This document shows positions 12,904 through 25,039 of a stretch of DNA of 64,000 bases, in pieces. The notes beneath the pieces were generated by a model, which worked only from the letters and a program-made list of their open reading frames with translations, had not been told where the DNA came from and did not search any database. A program made the translations under genes and the position numbers. The number at the start of each line of letters is the position of its first letter. The first letter of the stretch is position 1. The DNA lies in assembly GCA_038087875.1 (NCBI GenBank), contig CM076001.1, forward strand, positions 312,001 to 376,000, read 5' to 3'. The DNA is from Malacoraja senta (Eukaryota).

Positions 12904-13045
12904 ATTTTAGTTCGGAGTCACGTGAGTGATTCCGTGAAGACGTCCCGCCAGAGCGCATGCGCGTCAATTTAACTGATGCATTGGCGCACGGACCAGCGGG
13001 AGGACAGAGCTCCTCCAGCGGTAAGTGGTTTAAAACTCCAGTTAA

Positions 13046-13975
13046 GTGGGAAAACTTAGCTGGAGTGTGGAGTCGGAAGCGGGGCGACTGCAGACTTGGT
13101 GTTGCAAAGCACGGAGCCAACGCCAGTCGGGTGTAAGGCCACGGACAAGTCTGCGAGGCCCTCGGACTCAACTGAGTTGGGCCGGGAGGAGTCCCTTACG
13201 GGGCTGGATACCGTTGTTCCAGCAAGGCACACTCCGGGGGGAGGGGTTGTATGGGCGCCAGGCTGGAGAAGATGCCGCTCCGGCAGCACCTTGTAGAGGG
13301 CTGCTTGATAGCACCCTCATTGAAGAGGCAAGTGCAGAGGGTCAGCTGAGTTCTGACCCCGACTTTGTCGGTGAGTTCGACCCTAGCGATGAACGGCCGT
13401 TGTCAGAGGTCCCATCTCTGGCAGCACGATTCGCTGTCCCGTCAGAGTCTGGAGAGCCACTGGGAGATGAGCTAGCCTCCACGATAAATTATCTAGTCTC
13501 CCATCAGCTGCAGGAGCTCATGATGGATGAGACTGCCAAGAAGCATGAAACCCCAGTGAACTGCGTGCTGCTGAAGGTGCCAGCAGTGAGCCGGGTGATA
13601 TGGGGCCAGATGGGCGTGGGCATGCGTGCCCAGGAGATGAAGCTGCAGCGGATCCTGAAACTACTTGGCTCAGGAATCATGGGGTTCGCTGGAATCGTGG
13701 ATGGAGGGCATCTATCTGATATGCAACAAGAGGTACTAGGGTTGCTTTGTAGTGCCCATTTTTAGATAAATTGTCTCAGAAAAAGTGCCATTCGGCCCAC
13801 CATCAATCCAAAGTTTGCAGCACTCTGCCAGCCCAGCAACATACAGCCGGCCAACCTACTCTTCGGAGAGGACCTCGGCAAGCGTGTCAAGGAGACGGAT
13901 GACGAGGCAAAGAAGGTGGGCTTGATCAAGCCACCGGCGGTCGGCAAGTTTCCAAAAAGAAAGTAACCCTACAAA
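13046..13975 (+). pseudogene. DIRS ORF1 (gag-like), disrupted
   Basis: 239-aa ORF directly after the left ITR, ending at TAG 13763-13765 with apparent coding continuation. It precedes RT. The assignment is positional. Confidence 0.55.
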
Positions 13976-14638
13976 CGAGGGACAGATTGGTCTGGACCAG
14001 GAACAAGTCGGCCGGCAATGCAGATTCGCAGGTGGCATTCTGCAGCGGGAACACGGTCAAACGTGGGGCTTCCCGCCAGGGGCCGGAGACAACAGGATCC
14101 ACCAGGTACCAAGGAGGTAGGTGGGCCTGGTTCTCATGTGCACATATCAAATGTGACACAACTAAAAATTGGGGGTAGATTACATCTGTTCCTGGAGGAA
14201 TGGAAGCACATTACCTCAGATCTGTTTATACTGAGTGTTATTCAAGGGTTTCGAATTGAGTTCAATCCAAATTGTGATTTGCCCATTCAGCATGTTCCTG
14301 TGAGAAATTTTAAGTTTTCACTAACAGAACAGATGGAGGTTCAGGCTGAGCTTGAAAGCTTATGTGATAAAGGTGTAATTGGAAAGTCGGTTCACCAACT
14401 CCATCAATTTGTGTCTAATATTTTTCCCAGGCCAAAAAAGGATGGGGGATGCAGAATTATTCAGGATCTGACAAGTCTTAACCCTTTTGTACAGTATAGA
14501 CATTTTAAGATGGAAACATTTGTCACTGCCAAGCAACTGGTTTCCAGAGGATGCTATATGGCATTCACCTGGATGGATCAACTATGGCAATACAAGGCAC
14601 TGCCTAATGGTTTGTCTTCAGCTCCTAGAGTATTCACT

Positions 14639-14804
14639 TAGATTCCTTTAGATTCCTTTATTGTCATTCAGACCTTTTGGTCTGAACGAAATTTCGTTGC
14701 CTGCAGTCATACATATAACAAATAACAAAACACACAATAAACACAAATTACCATCCACGACAGTGAGTTCACCAGGCACCTCCTCACTGTGATGGAGGCA
14801 AAAG
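14639..14804 (-). mobile_element. Short LINE 3' tail inserted in DIRS B RT
   Basis: Reverse strand ends AATAAAGGAATCTAAAGGAATCTAA. Removing it restores RVFT-KLLKP, and TCAC is repeated at the junctions. Confidence 0.7.
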
Positions 14805-15428
14805 TCACAAAATTGTTAAAACCTATACTAGGCATGCTGAGAGGCCAGGGTCATGTGTTCATGGCTTATCTCGATGATATCTTGATTGCAGGGCAATCCA
14901 AGAAAACAGCTGAAGCATCGGTGGCAGTTGTTAAATCCACTTTTCAAAGATTGGGCTTCATTATCCATCCAGAGAAATCCAAATTAACACCTGTTACAAT
15001 AATTGACTATTTGGGGTTCATAATTGATTCAATTAGCTTGCTACAACTGTCAATTAGCTCTACCTTTTTCTCCCTGGGCAAATGACATGGTAGTGACTCT
15101 GCCCAGGGAGAAAAGGGTAGAGATAATTGACAACTGTAGCAAGCTAATTGAGGAGCAACAGCCTTCAATTAGACAGGTGGCAAGTCTGCTTAGTAAATTT
15201 GTGGCAGCATTTCAGGCAGTTCAATATGGGCCATTGCACTACCAACAGTTACAGAGGGCAAAGGAACAGGCACTAAGTATACATTCGGGTCATTATAATA
15301 GACCCATGCAGTTATCAGCATAGTCTGTTGCTGATTTGTGATGGTGGATTCAGCATGTGTCCAGTAGTTCGTGCAAAGTAGTGCTTGAGCAGCCTCCCAT
15401 GATTTTGCAGACGGATGTCAGTGCACTC

Positions 15429-15566
15429 ATAGATACATAGAAAATAGGTGCAGGAGTAGGCCATTCGGCCCTTCGAGCCTGCACCGCCATTCAATATGAT
15501 CATGGCTGATCATCCAACTCGGTGTCCCGTACCTGCCTTCTCTCCATACCCCCTGATCCCTTTAGC
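15429..15566 (-). mobile_element. CR1 3' tail inserted in DIRS B RNase H
   Basis: Reverse complement of the 24890-25035 tail. TSD CACTC (15424-15428, 15567-15571). Removing it restores DVSAL-GWG. Confidence 0.85.
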
Positions 15567-15974
15567 CACTCGGGTGGGGTGCCACAGATACGAGTTCAAG
15601 CTGTGGAGGCAGATGGACTGAGCAAGAGGCATCGCTTCTGCAGACATACGGAATTAACTATTTAGAGCTTTTAGGAGCTTTTTATGGACTTAAGGCTTAT
15701 TGCTCTAACAAAGGTAACCTGCATGTTCAGTTTCAGATTGACAACACTACAGCAGTGGCATATATTAATCACATGGGTGGAATCAAGTCAGCATCTTGTG
15801 ACAGACTGGCTAATCAAATTTGGCCTGGTGTATTGATAAAGATATTTGGCTTTCAGCTATTTATCTACCAGGTAGATTCAACATTGTAGCAGATGCCAGT
15901 TCACAAAAGTTCCATGACAACACAGAGTGGATGTTGAACCAGGAGGTGTTCAATAATATAGTAGTTACATATGG

Positions 15975-16340
15975 AATGCCAGATATCGATTTGTTTGCAT
16001 CCAGGCTTAACTACCAGCTGCCTAAATATGTTTCATGGGAACCAGACCCGGGGGCAGTTGCAATTGATGCTTTCTCGCTACATTGGGGTGGTATGTTTTA
16101 ATATATTTTCCCACCATTCTGCCTCATAGGTCGGTGTCTGCAAAAAATCAAGCAGGATGCCGCTTCGGGCGTGCTTATAAAACCAAATTGGCCGACTCAA
16201 GCATGGTTCCCTTTGATGTTACAGTTAGCGATCCAACCTCCTTTGGTGGTTCCCAAGCATAGGAATTTACCGGAGCACTCGGTAACACGTGAAAGTCATC
16301 CGTTATGTGACCGTCTTGATTTGTTAATTTGCAGGTTTTA
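15975..16340 (+). pseudogene. DIRS DNA N6-adenine methyltransferase-like (MT/DAM) domain, with stop
   Basis: PDIDLFASRLN...DAFSLHW...F*YIFPPFCLIGRCL. DLFAS is the SAM-binding-side motif and FPPF (16108-16119) is the catalytic-type motif of the DIRS MT domain. Confidence 0.82.
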
Positions 16341-17299
16341 AGAAGGCCATACCTGGGGCGAGGACTGTCTGGGCGAATTGTGGACATGCTCACTGCAGCC
16401 TGGAGAAAGAGTACTCAAAAGCAGTATATTACTTATGTAAAAAAATGGGAGCAATATTGTGTACAAAATAATATTGACTATAGTACTGCAGGTATTGTGG
16501 ATGTTTTAGAGTTCCTGTCGACACTACTATGATGAGGGGCTCAGTTATAGCGCCATTAATACAGCTAGAAGTGCTTTGTCCTCGTATCTTTTGATGGGGT
16601 CAGGGAAAGATCCTATTGGTTCTCATCCTCTCATAGCTCGATTGATGAAAGGAATTTTCAACTCCAAACCTCCTAAACCCAGGTATATGGCGATCTGGGA
16701 TGTAAGTGTGGTCCTCGAGATGCTTCATCAGTGGGTTCCTGTCACGTCTCTGACTTTGGCCAAACTCACCATGAAGGTGGTCATGCTCATGGCATTGGTA
16801 TCAGCACAGCGAGTGCAGACTTTGCAAAAGCTTCAGCTAGACAGGGTGGAAGTTGCTGAAGAGAATGTTATGTTCTATATTTACAACCTGCTCAAACAGA
16901 GCAGGCCAGGTGTGACAGGTTTCAAAATTGTGTTTTCAGCATATCCTACTGAGCCATGTTAATTGGTAAGGACACATTTATTACATTATATTGAAGGTAC
17001 AAGGGCCTTAAGAAATGTGGAAACAGGATTGTTTATCAGTTACAAGAAACCACACAAGAGTGCAGACTATCTCAAGGTGGCTAAAGCAAGTGTTGATTCA
17101 GGCAGGTATTAACACTGACGTGTTTACATCTCATTCCGCTAGGGCAGCAGCAACGTCGGCGGCCAGGGCGATGGACGTTCCCATCGACCATATTCTCGCA
17201 GCCAAATGGTGGTCAAATGAATTGTTCTTTCAACATTTTTACCATCGGCCGATTGCCAATCGGGGGCTGTTTGCTAATTCAGTATTAAGTTCTGTTTAA
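16329..17299 (+). pseudogene. DIRS tyrosine recombinase, frameshifted
   Basis: AWRKSTQKQY, GSHPLIARLMKGIFN, LVSAQRVQTL (catalytic R), KQSRPG, HSARAAATS (HxxR) and WSNELFFQHFY (catalytic Y). Confidence 0.93.
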
Positions 17300-17924
17300 G
17301 TTTTCCCCTGGGATAGAGGGGTTACTGTTTGTTTTGATTATTCAAATAAATTGTTACTGCATGATATTCAATTTCATGTTTAACGCATTATTGATTATTT
17401 CTCATCCGGAGTCAATCAATGCAGTGAGAAGCCGGGATTTGAGTCTGCGGCATAAAATCACAGAGCTTTGAACTCTTCATGGAATCACTCACGTGACTCC
17501 GAAGTAAAATAGTAAGATTAAACGAGAACTTACCAGTTTGATCTTTATTTTATGAGGAGTTACGTTGGTGATTACGTGCCCACCACGCCCAACCCTCTCT
17601 CTCATAAAGGTCATATGGTAGTTCTCATGTTGCTGATCTTACTATGTTACTTCAAATATTCTGTTATCTGTGATTTCATACCGCTGCTTTGAAGATTGGC
17701 GCGCATGCGCTCTTGTGGGACTTTTTCACGTAATCACCAACGTAACTCCTCATAAAATAAAGATCAAACTTCAAACTGGTAAGTTCTCGTTTAATCTTAC
17801 CATTCTCCAATTTAAAGTAATACTCAGTATCCCTCTTCTCTTTCCCATGCCAACCCTCCCCCTCCACTTTCCTCCAGGTGTGCACAGATTTTCACCACCA
17901 TTTTACAACTCCACCTCCCATTGT

Positions 17925-18430
17925 CCGGAACCTCGTGAGTTGGAAGTAGAGCCTCGCAGGCTGGTGATGGAACCTCGCGGGTCGGAACCTCGTGAATCGT
18001 CGAAGCCCGCGGGAGCACACAGCTGGGGCCTGGGTCGGCGCCACGGAAGCGTCCGGAGAGGACCCCGCAACGTTAGTGGGGAGGTAGGTGCAGCGCGTGC
18101 CGACCCACGGACAAGGACGGACATGTCAGAGTGAGGACACCACTGCTGAGGGAAAGAACAATGGGGACCTATCGTGGACAGACTGCCATGAGGGGGGGGG
18201 GAAGAACAATGGACAATGGGGACCCGACATGAGGGGGCTCCCATGAGGGGGGGGGAAGAACAATGGGGACCCGGCATGGCGGAACTGCCTTGAGGGAGGT
18301 GGGAGGGGGGGGGGAAGAAGAAATGGGGAACTGTGCCGGTGGGGGGGGGGGGTAATTTGTATCTTTGCAAGCACCCTTTATGGGCAACTTTCACTGTGAT
18401 TTGTGACAATAAAGTGCTCAATTCAATTAA
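17925..18430 (+). mobile_element. Non-autonomous retroelement / LINE 3' UTR with G-rich GAAGAACAATGGGGACC repeats
   Basis: Ends TGTGACAATAAAG...(CAATT)n. The repeat motif is shared with the reverse strand of 61050-61985. Confidence 0.5.
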
Positions 18431-18854
18431 TTATCCTACCCCCTTGGACCTCCCTCCCAGAGCATCTCCCAACCCTGAACCCTCTATTCCCTTCTATCCT
18501 CCACTTTTCCCTCCCTGTCCCATTCCACCCATATTCCTCCCACCAGCTTTACATTTCACCTTCACTTCCTTCCTTATCTGATACCCTTTTCATCTCCAGC
18601 CTTTGTCACTTGCATCACCCATCTGCCAAACAACACTCCTCCTCTCCCCGTCTCACCTTTATCCACCTATCACTCGCCAGGCTTTGTCCCGGCCCCATCC
18701 CTTTTTTCCAGCTTTTCCTCCCCCTGCCCCCACCAGTCCGAAGAAGGATCTCGACCCAAAATGTCATCTGTTCATTCCTTCCACAGATGCTGCCTCACCT
18801 AGTAGGTTCTTCCAGCACTTGTTTTATACTGAAGGAGAACAAAATAGTGTGCTA

Positions 18855-19415
18855 AGCTCCAGCTTACGGAGAGTCGGTGTGTCAAGGAGGACTCTATCGA
18901 ACTTCTACAGGTGCACAGTAGAGAGCATGCTGACCGGTTGCATCGTGGCTTGGTTCGGCAACTTGAACGTCCAGGAGCGGAAAAGAATGCAGAAAGTTGA
19001 GAACACTGCCTAGCACATCATCAGCTCTGACGTCCCCACCATCGAAGGGATCTATCGCAGTCGCTGCCTCAAAAATCTGCCCCAACATCATCAAAGACCC
19101 ACACCATCCTGGCCACACACTCTACTCTCTGTTGCCATCTGGAAGAAAGTACAGGAGTTTGAAATCTGGAACATCCAGGTTCAGGAACAACTTCTTCCCC
19201 ACAGCCATCAGGCTATTAAACACGACATCAAACAAACTCTGAACTATAACAGCCTATTGCATTTTATCTGTTTATTTCTGTGTATATATATGGTCTATGG
19301 TATATAGACACATTGAACTGTTCTGTATTATGCTTACAATATTCTGTTGTGCTGCAGCAAGCAAGAATTTCATTATCCTATCTGGGACACATGACAATAA
19401 AACTCTCTTAACTCG
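18855..19415 (+). mobile_element. Rex1/Babar-type LINE 3' fragment
   Basis: LSNFYRCTVESMLTGCIVAWFG and IIKDPHHPGH...LLPSGRKYRS...RFRNNFFPTAIRLLN, followed by a GACAATAAA tail. Confidence 0.8.
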
Positions 19416-19721
19416 TGACTCTCTTAAGATGTGATCTAACCGTGGCTTTGTATTCAGTTCTACATGCACTCAGATTCACTTGCATGAAAGGCCAGCATCC
19501 CATATGGTTTCCTAACTGCCTGCATCACCTGCACATTTTCTTCAGACACCCAGATCCCTTTGAACATAGAAACAGAAACATAGATGCAGAAGTCGGCCAT
19601 TTGGCCCTTCGAGCCAGCACCGCCATTCAATGTGATCATGGTTGATCATTCAAAATCAGTATCCCGTCACTGCTTTCTCCCAATACCCCTTGATTCCCTT
19701 AGCTCTCAGAGCTAAATCTAA

Positions 19722-20468
19722 TGGGCTTGTCCCACTTAGGTGACCTTTTAGGGGACTGCAGGAGACTATCAGTCGCCACATGTTCGCGGGTGGTTGCCGG
19801 GGAGTTGCCTTCATTGTCGTGAGGAGTGCCTTCATTGTCGTGAGGAGTTCCCACATTCTGGGAACTACTAAGCGGCCTCATTATGGTTGCCGCAAATTTT
19901 TCAACATGAAGCCGCCATGGAGAGTAGCGAGAATTTTCGTGCCGTAGGTGGGTCGCCAGGAGGTTGAAGGTTCTCTTAGGTTCTCGTAGGTTGTTGCCGG
20001 TGCTGACCGGTGAATTTCATTGGCTCATTGGGGGAAAAAAACGTAAGCAGTAGTTTTCAGAACCAAGGATAACGACCGGTAATGTTAAATGTCCGCCGAA
20101 CTTCACAGCCGTGTATCTCTGGCTTTTTAAAAGTTGTCTCCACTCCTTCTCCCTCCTTCTCACCCCTTCTCCCTCCTTCTCACCCCTTCTCCCCCCCTCT
20201 TTTAAAGGACTTTAACTGTCTTAATTACAGCGCCAACCTTTCTGTTCATCGCGGTGTGTGTCTGTATCACCTTGGCTTTGCACCGTGTGAATTTCAGACA
20301 GCGCTCCCCCCGCTTGCCTTGTCCCCTGCCTTTGCGATGTGTTTGTGTGTGTGTGTGTGTGTTCCACTCCGACAGTCGCCGTTCCAGTTGCCGGTATTTC
20401 AGGCGAGTGCCGGCAACTTGACAGTCGCCGGCAGATGCCTGAAAAATAGCCTAAGTGGGACAGGCCCA
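19722..20468. mobile_element. Harbinger/PIF-type MITE
   Basis: TIRs TGGGCTTGTCCCACTTAGG / CCTAAGTGGGACAGGCCCA and TSD TAA (19719-19721, 20469-20471), inside a reversed CR1 tail. An inverted sister copy lies at 31710-32517. Confidence 0.88.
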
Positions 20469-21211
20469 TAACTCTCCCTTAAAAACTCTAACTCTCTTGA
20501 AAACATCAACATGCCCACAGGACATCAACATTTCCCAATCTCTAACAATTTAAAATGTACTGAGCATTTCTGTCTTTATATCTAATAGAACAAGTTTACA
20601 TTTCCGTCTACCATGTTGTTGACCTTCCCTTAGCTCATCTCTATCCCCTTGAAGTTACTTTTCATTCCCTTCACTACATTTGGCCTTCGCAGCAAATCAT
20701 TGCTGTAGGTTGTGATTCGATGGGATGTAAGCACTCACCCCTACAGTGCTTCACTCTTTACACTGTGCCAACTTGGGAAGGGCACATTGACCCACAATTA
20801 TATTTTACTTCTAATTCCACTTGCTCTAACCTTCTTCACCAACCTCTTATATGGAGCCTTGTCAAAATCCATCTGAAAATGTAAACACCATGATCTACTA
20901 GATGCATCACAAAGAACTCCAATAAATTAGTCATGTATGATGTCCCTATCAAAAATCCATGTTGACTCTGCTCGGTTATTATCTGTTTCTTGATGTTTAA
21001 TTTTTAATTACTGTATATGTTCCACCATTTATCAAATACTAATACCTGGTTAGTTTAGTTTAGAGATACAGCAAGAAAACAGGCCCTTTGGCCCAGCGAG
21101 TCCATGCCGACCATCGATCATTCATAACCCGCTTGTTCTATGTTATCCCGCTTTGTCTTCCACTCCCTACACACTAGAGGCAATTTTACAGGAGCAAATC
21201 AATTTTACACA

Positions 21212-21475
21212 GGCACGGTGGCGCAGCAGTAGAGTTGCTGCCTTAGAGTGCTTGCTGCGCCGGAGACCCAGGTTCGATCCCGATTATTGGAGCTGTCTGT
21301 ACAGAGTTTGTACGTTTTCTCCGTGACCTGCTCGGGTTTTCTCTGCAATCTTCGGTTTCATCCCACACTCCAAAGACTTACAGGTTTGTAGATTAATTGG
21401 CTTGGTATAAGTATAAAATTGTCCCTAGTGTGTGTAGGATACTGTTAAAGTGTGAGGATCACTGGTCGGTGTTGA
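21212..21475 (+). mobile_element. V-SINE (HE1-like), split by CR1; tail resumes ~25040-25100
   Basis: GGCACGGTGGCGCAGCAGTAGAG...GGTTCGATCCC (A and B boxes) and a V domain. The GGGCCGAAGGGCCTGTTT tail follows the CR1. Confidence 0.82.
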
Positions 21476-21477
21476 TT

Positions 21478-24400
21478 GATTTTACCAATGACATAGGTAA
21501 AAAAAGAGAAGAGGTCCTGAAAGGAGAATTTAGGGAGTTAGGAGGGGAGTTAAAGAGAAGGACAGCAAAGGTAACAATCTCGGGATTACTGCCTGTGCCA
21601 CGCAGCAGTGAGAGTAGGAATGGAGCGAGGTGGAGGATAAATGCGTGGCTGAAGGACTGGTGCAGAAAGCAGGGATTCAAATTTCTGGATCATTGGGACC
21701 TCTTTTGTGGAAGGTTCGACCTGTACAAAAAGGATGGGTTGCACTTGAACCTGAGGGGGACCGATATCCTGGCGGGGAGATCTGCAAAGGCTACTGGGGA
21801 GAATTTAAACTAGAATGGTTGGGGGGAGGGACTCAAATAGAGAATGATATTAGACAGTGTGTGAGGCAGGAGGCAGAGAAGGAAAGCACTCAGACCCAAC
21901 ATGTAGGGGGGAAAGAAGAAAACAATAATAAACAGAGAATAAGAGGTGGTGGGGTTCTTAAATAGGTGAGCAGAGAAACAGAGGGGTGTAAAATGCGGGC
22001 GGAAGCAATAGGTAGCAAGGTGAAAAGTAAACGTGGCAGGCAGACAAATCCAGGGCAAAAATCAAAAAGAGCCACTTTTCAACATAATTGTATAAGGGGT
22101 AAGAGCGTTGTAAAAACAAGCCTGAAGGCTTTGTGTCTCAATGCAAGGAGCATTCGTAATAAGGTGGATGAGTTGAACGTGCAGATAGCAATTAATGATT
22201 ATGATATAGTTGGGATCACGGAGACATGGCTCCAGGGTGACCAAGGCTGGGAGCTGAACATCCAGGGATATTCAATATTCAGGAGGGATAGAGAGAAAGG
22301 AAAAGGAGGTGGGGTAGCGTTGCTGGTTAGAGAGGAGATTAACGCAGTGGAAAGGAAGGACATTAGCTTGGAGGATGTGGAATCGGTATGGGTAGAGCTG
22401 CGAAACACTAAGGGGCAGAAAACGCTGGTGGGTGTTGTGTACAGGCCACCTAGCAGTAGTAGTGAAGTTGGGGATGGCATCAAACAGGAAATTAGAAATG
22501 CGTGCAACAAAGGCAAAACAGTTATAATGGGTGACTTCAATCTACATATAGATTGGGTGAATCAAATTGGCAGGGGTGCTGAGGAAGAGGATTTCTTGGA
22601 ATGTATGAGGGATAGTTTTCTAAACCAACATGTAGAGGAACCAACGAGAGAGCAGGCTATTCTAGACTGGGTATTGAGTAATGAGGAAGGGTTAGTTAGC
22701 AGACTTGTTGTGCGTGCCCCCTTGGGCAAGAGTGACCATAATATGGTTGAGTTCTTCATTAGGATGGAGAGTGACATTGTTAATTCAGAAACAACGGCTC
22801 TGAACTTAAAGAAAGGTAACTTTGAGGGTATGAGACGTGAATTGGCCAAGATTGACTGGCAATTAGTTCTAAAAGGGTTGACGGTGGATATGCAATGGAA
22901 GGCATTTAAAGACTGCATGGATGAACTACAAAAATTGTTCATCCCAGTTTGGCAAAAGAATAAATCAGGGAAGGTAGTGCATCCGTGGATAACAAGGGAA
23001 ATCAGGGATAGTATCAAAGCAAAAGATGATGCGTACAAATTAGCCAGAAAAAGCAGCATACCAGAGGACTGGGAGAAATTCAGAGACCAGCAGAGGAGGA
23101 CAAAGCTTAATTAGGAAAGGGAAAATAGATTATGAAAGGAAACTGGCAGGGAACATAAAAACTGACTGCAAAAGTTTTTATAGATATGTGAAGAGAAAGA
23201 GATTAGTTAAAACAAATGTAGGTCCCTTGCAGTCAGAAACAGGTGAATTGATCATGGGGAACAAGGATATGGCGGACCAATTGAATAACTACTTTGGTTC
23301 CGTCTTCACTAAGGAAGACATAAATAATCTGCCAGAAATAGCAGGGGGCCGCGGGTCAAAGGAGATGGAGGAACTGAGTGAAATCCAGGTTAGTCGGGAA
23401 GTGGTGTTGAGTAAATTGAATGGATTAAAGGCCGATAAATCACCAGGGCCAGATAGGCTGCATCCCAGAGTACTTAAGGAAGTAGCTCCAGAAATAGTGG
23501 ATGCATTAGTGATAATTTTTCAAAACTCTTTAGATTCTGGAGTAGTTCCTGAGGATTGGAGGGTAGCAAACGTAACCCCACTTTTTAAGAAGGGAGGGAG
23601 AGAGAAAACGGGGAATTACAGACCAGTTAGTCTAACATCGGTAGTGGGGAAACTGCTAGAGTCAGTTATTAAAGATGGGATAGCGGTGAAAGTGGTGAAA
23701 TCATTTGGAAAGTGGTGAAATCATTGGACAAAGTCAGCATGGATTTACAAAAGGTAAATCGTGTCTGACGAATCTTATAGAATTTTTCGAGGATGTAACT
23801 AGTAGAGTGGATAGGGTAGAACCAGTGGATGTGTTGTATCTTGACTTTCAGAAGGCTTTCGACAAGGTACCACATAAGAGATTAGGATACAAACTTAAAT
23901 CACACGGTATTGGGGGTTCAGTATTGATGTGGATAGAGAACTGGCTGGCAAACAGGAAGCAAAGAGTAGAAGTAAACGGGTCCTTTTCACAATGGCAGGC
24001 AGTGACTAGTGGGGTACCGCAAGGCTCAGTGCTGGGACCCCAGCTATTTACAATTTATATTAATGATCTGGACGAGGGAATTGAAAGCAACATCTCCAAG
24101 TTTGTGGATGACACTAAGCTGGGGGGCAGTGTTAGCTGTGAGGAGGATGCTAGGAGACTGCAAGGTGACTTGGATAGGCTGGGTGAGTTGGCAAATGTTT
24201 GGCAGATTCAGTATAATGTGGATAAATGTGAGGTTATCCACTTTGGTGGCAAAAACGGGAAGGCAGACTATTATCTAAATGGTGGCCGATTAGGAAATGG
24301 GGAGATGCAGCGAGACCTGGGTGTCATGGTACACCAGTCATTGAAAGTAGGCATGCAGGTGCAGCAGGCAGTGAAGAAAGCGAATGGTATGTTGGCCTTC

Positions 24401-25039
24401 ATAGCAAGAGGATTTGAGTATTAGAGCAGGGAGGTTCTACTGCAGTTGTACAGGGTCTTGGTGAGACCACACCTGGAGTATTGCGTGCAGTTTTGGTCTC
24501 CAAATCTGAGGAAGGACATTATAGCCATAGAGGGAGTGCAGAGAAGGTTCACCAGACTGATTCCTGGGATGTCAGGACTTTCATATGAAGAAAGACTGGA
24601 TAGACTTGGCTTATACTCGCTAGAATATAGGAGATTGAGATGGGATCTTATAGAAACGTACAAAATTCTTATGGGGTTGGACAGGCTAGATGCAGGAAGA
24701 TTGTTCCCGATGTTGGGGAAGTCCAGGACAAGGGGTCACAGCTTAAGGATAAGGGGGAAATCCTTTAAGACCGAGATGAGGAAAAACTTTTTCACACAGA
24801 GAGTGGTGAATCTCTGGAACTCTCTGCCACAGAGGGTAGTTGAGGCTAGTTCATTGGCTATATTTAAGAGGGAGTTAGATGTGGCCATTGTGGCTAAAGG
24901 GATCAGGGGGTATGGAGAGAAGGCAGGCACGGGATACTGAGTTGGATGATCAGCCATGATCATATTGAATGGCGGTGCAGGCTCAAAGGGCCGAATGGCC
25001 TACTCCTGCACCTATTTTCTATGTATCTATGTACCTATG
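21478..25039 (+). mobile_element. CR1-clade LINE, 5'-truncated (end of ORF1 esterase + ORF2 APE-RT), few disruptions
   Basis: ORF1 SGNH-like TNDIG...DGLHLN. ORF2 APE motifs LNARSIRNK, ITETWL, MGDFN and SDHN. RT motifs KSPGPD, GNYRPVSLTS, YLDFQKAFDKV, GVPQGSVLGP and KFVDD. Ends in a (TTCTATG)-type tail. Confidence 0.96.

Larger units (their letters stand above)
14160..15945 (+). pseudogene. DIRS reverse transcriptase + RNase H, disrupted
   Basis: Motifs IGGRLHLF, SNIFPRPKKDGGCR, HFKME, ALPNGLSSAPRVFT|KLLKP and YLDDILI; RNase H TDVSAL|GWG, INYLELL, QIDNTTAVAYINHMGG and YLPGRFNIVAD. Confidence 0.92.
12904..17804 (+). mobile_element. DIRS1-type YR retrotransposon, copy B (most intact; gag-RT-RNaseH-MTase-YR)
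   Basis: ATT at both ends, ICR at 17474-17578 complementary to both termini, right ITR ~17694-17735. All coding modules are recognisable, with stops and two small insertions. Confidence 0.95.

Noticed and set aside
16329..17299. Prophage/phage integrase or bacterial contamination (YR + DAM methylase)
   Set aside because: Both domains lie within DIRS ITR/ICR termini together with RT and RNase H, and the element is interrupted by vertebrate LINE tails.
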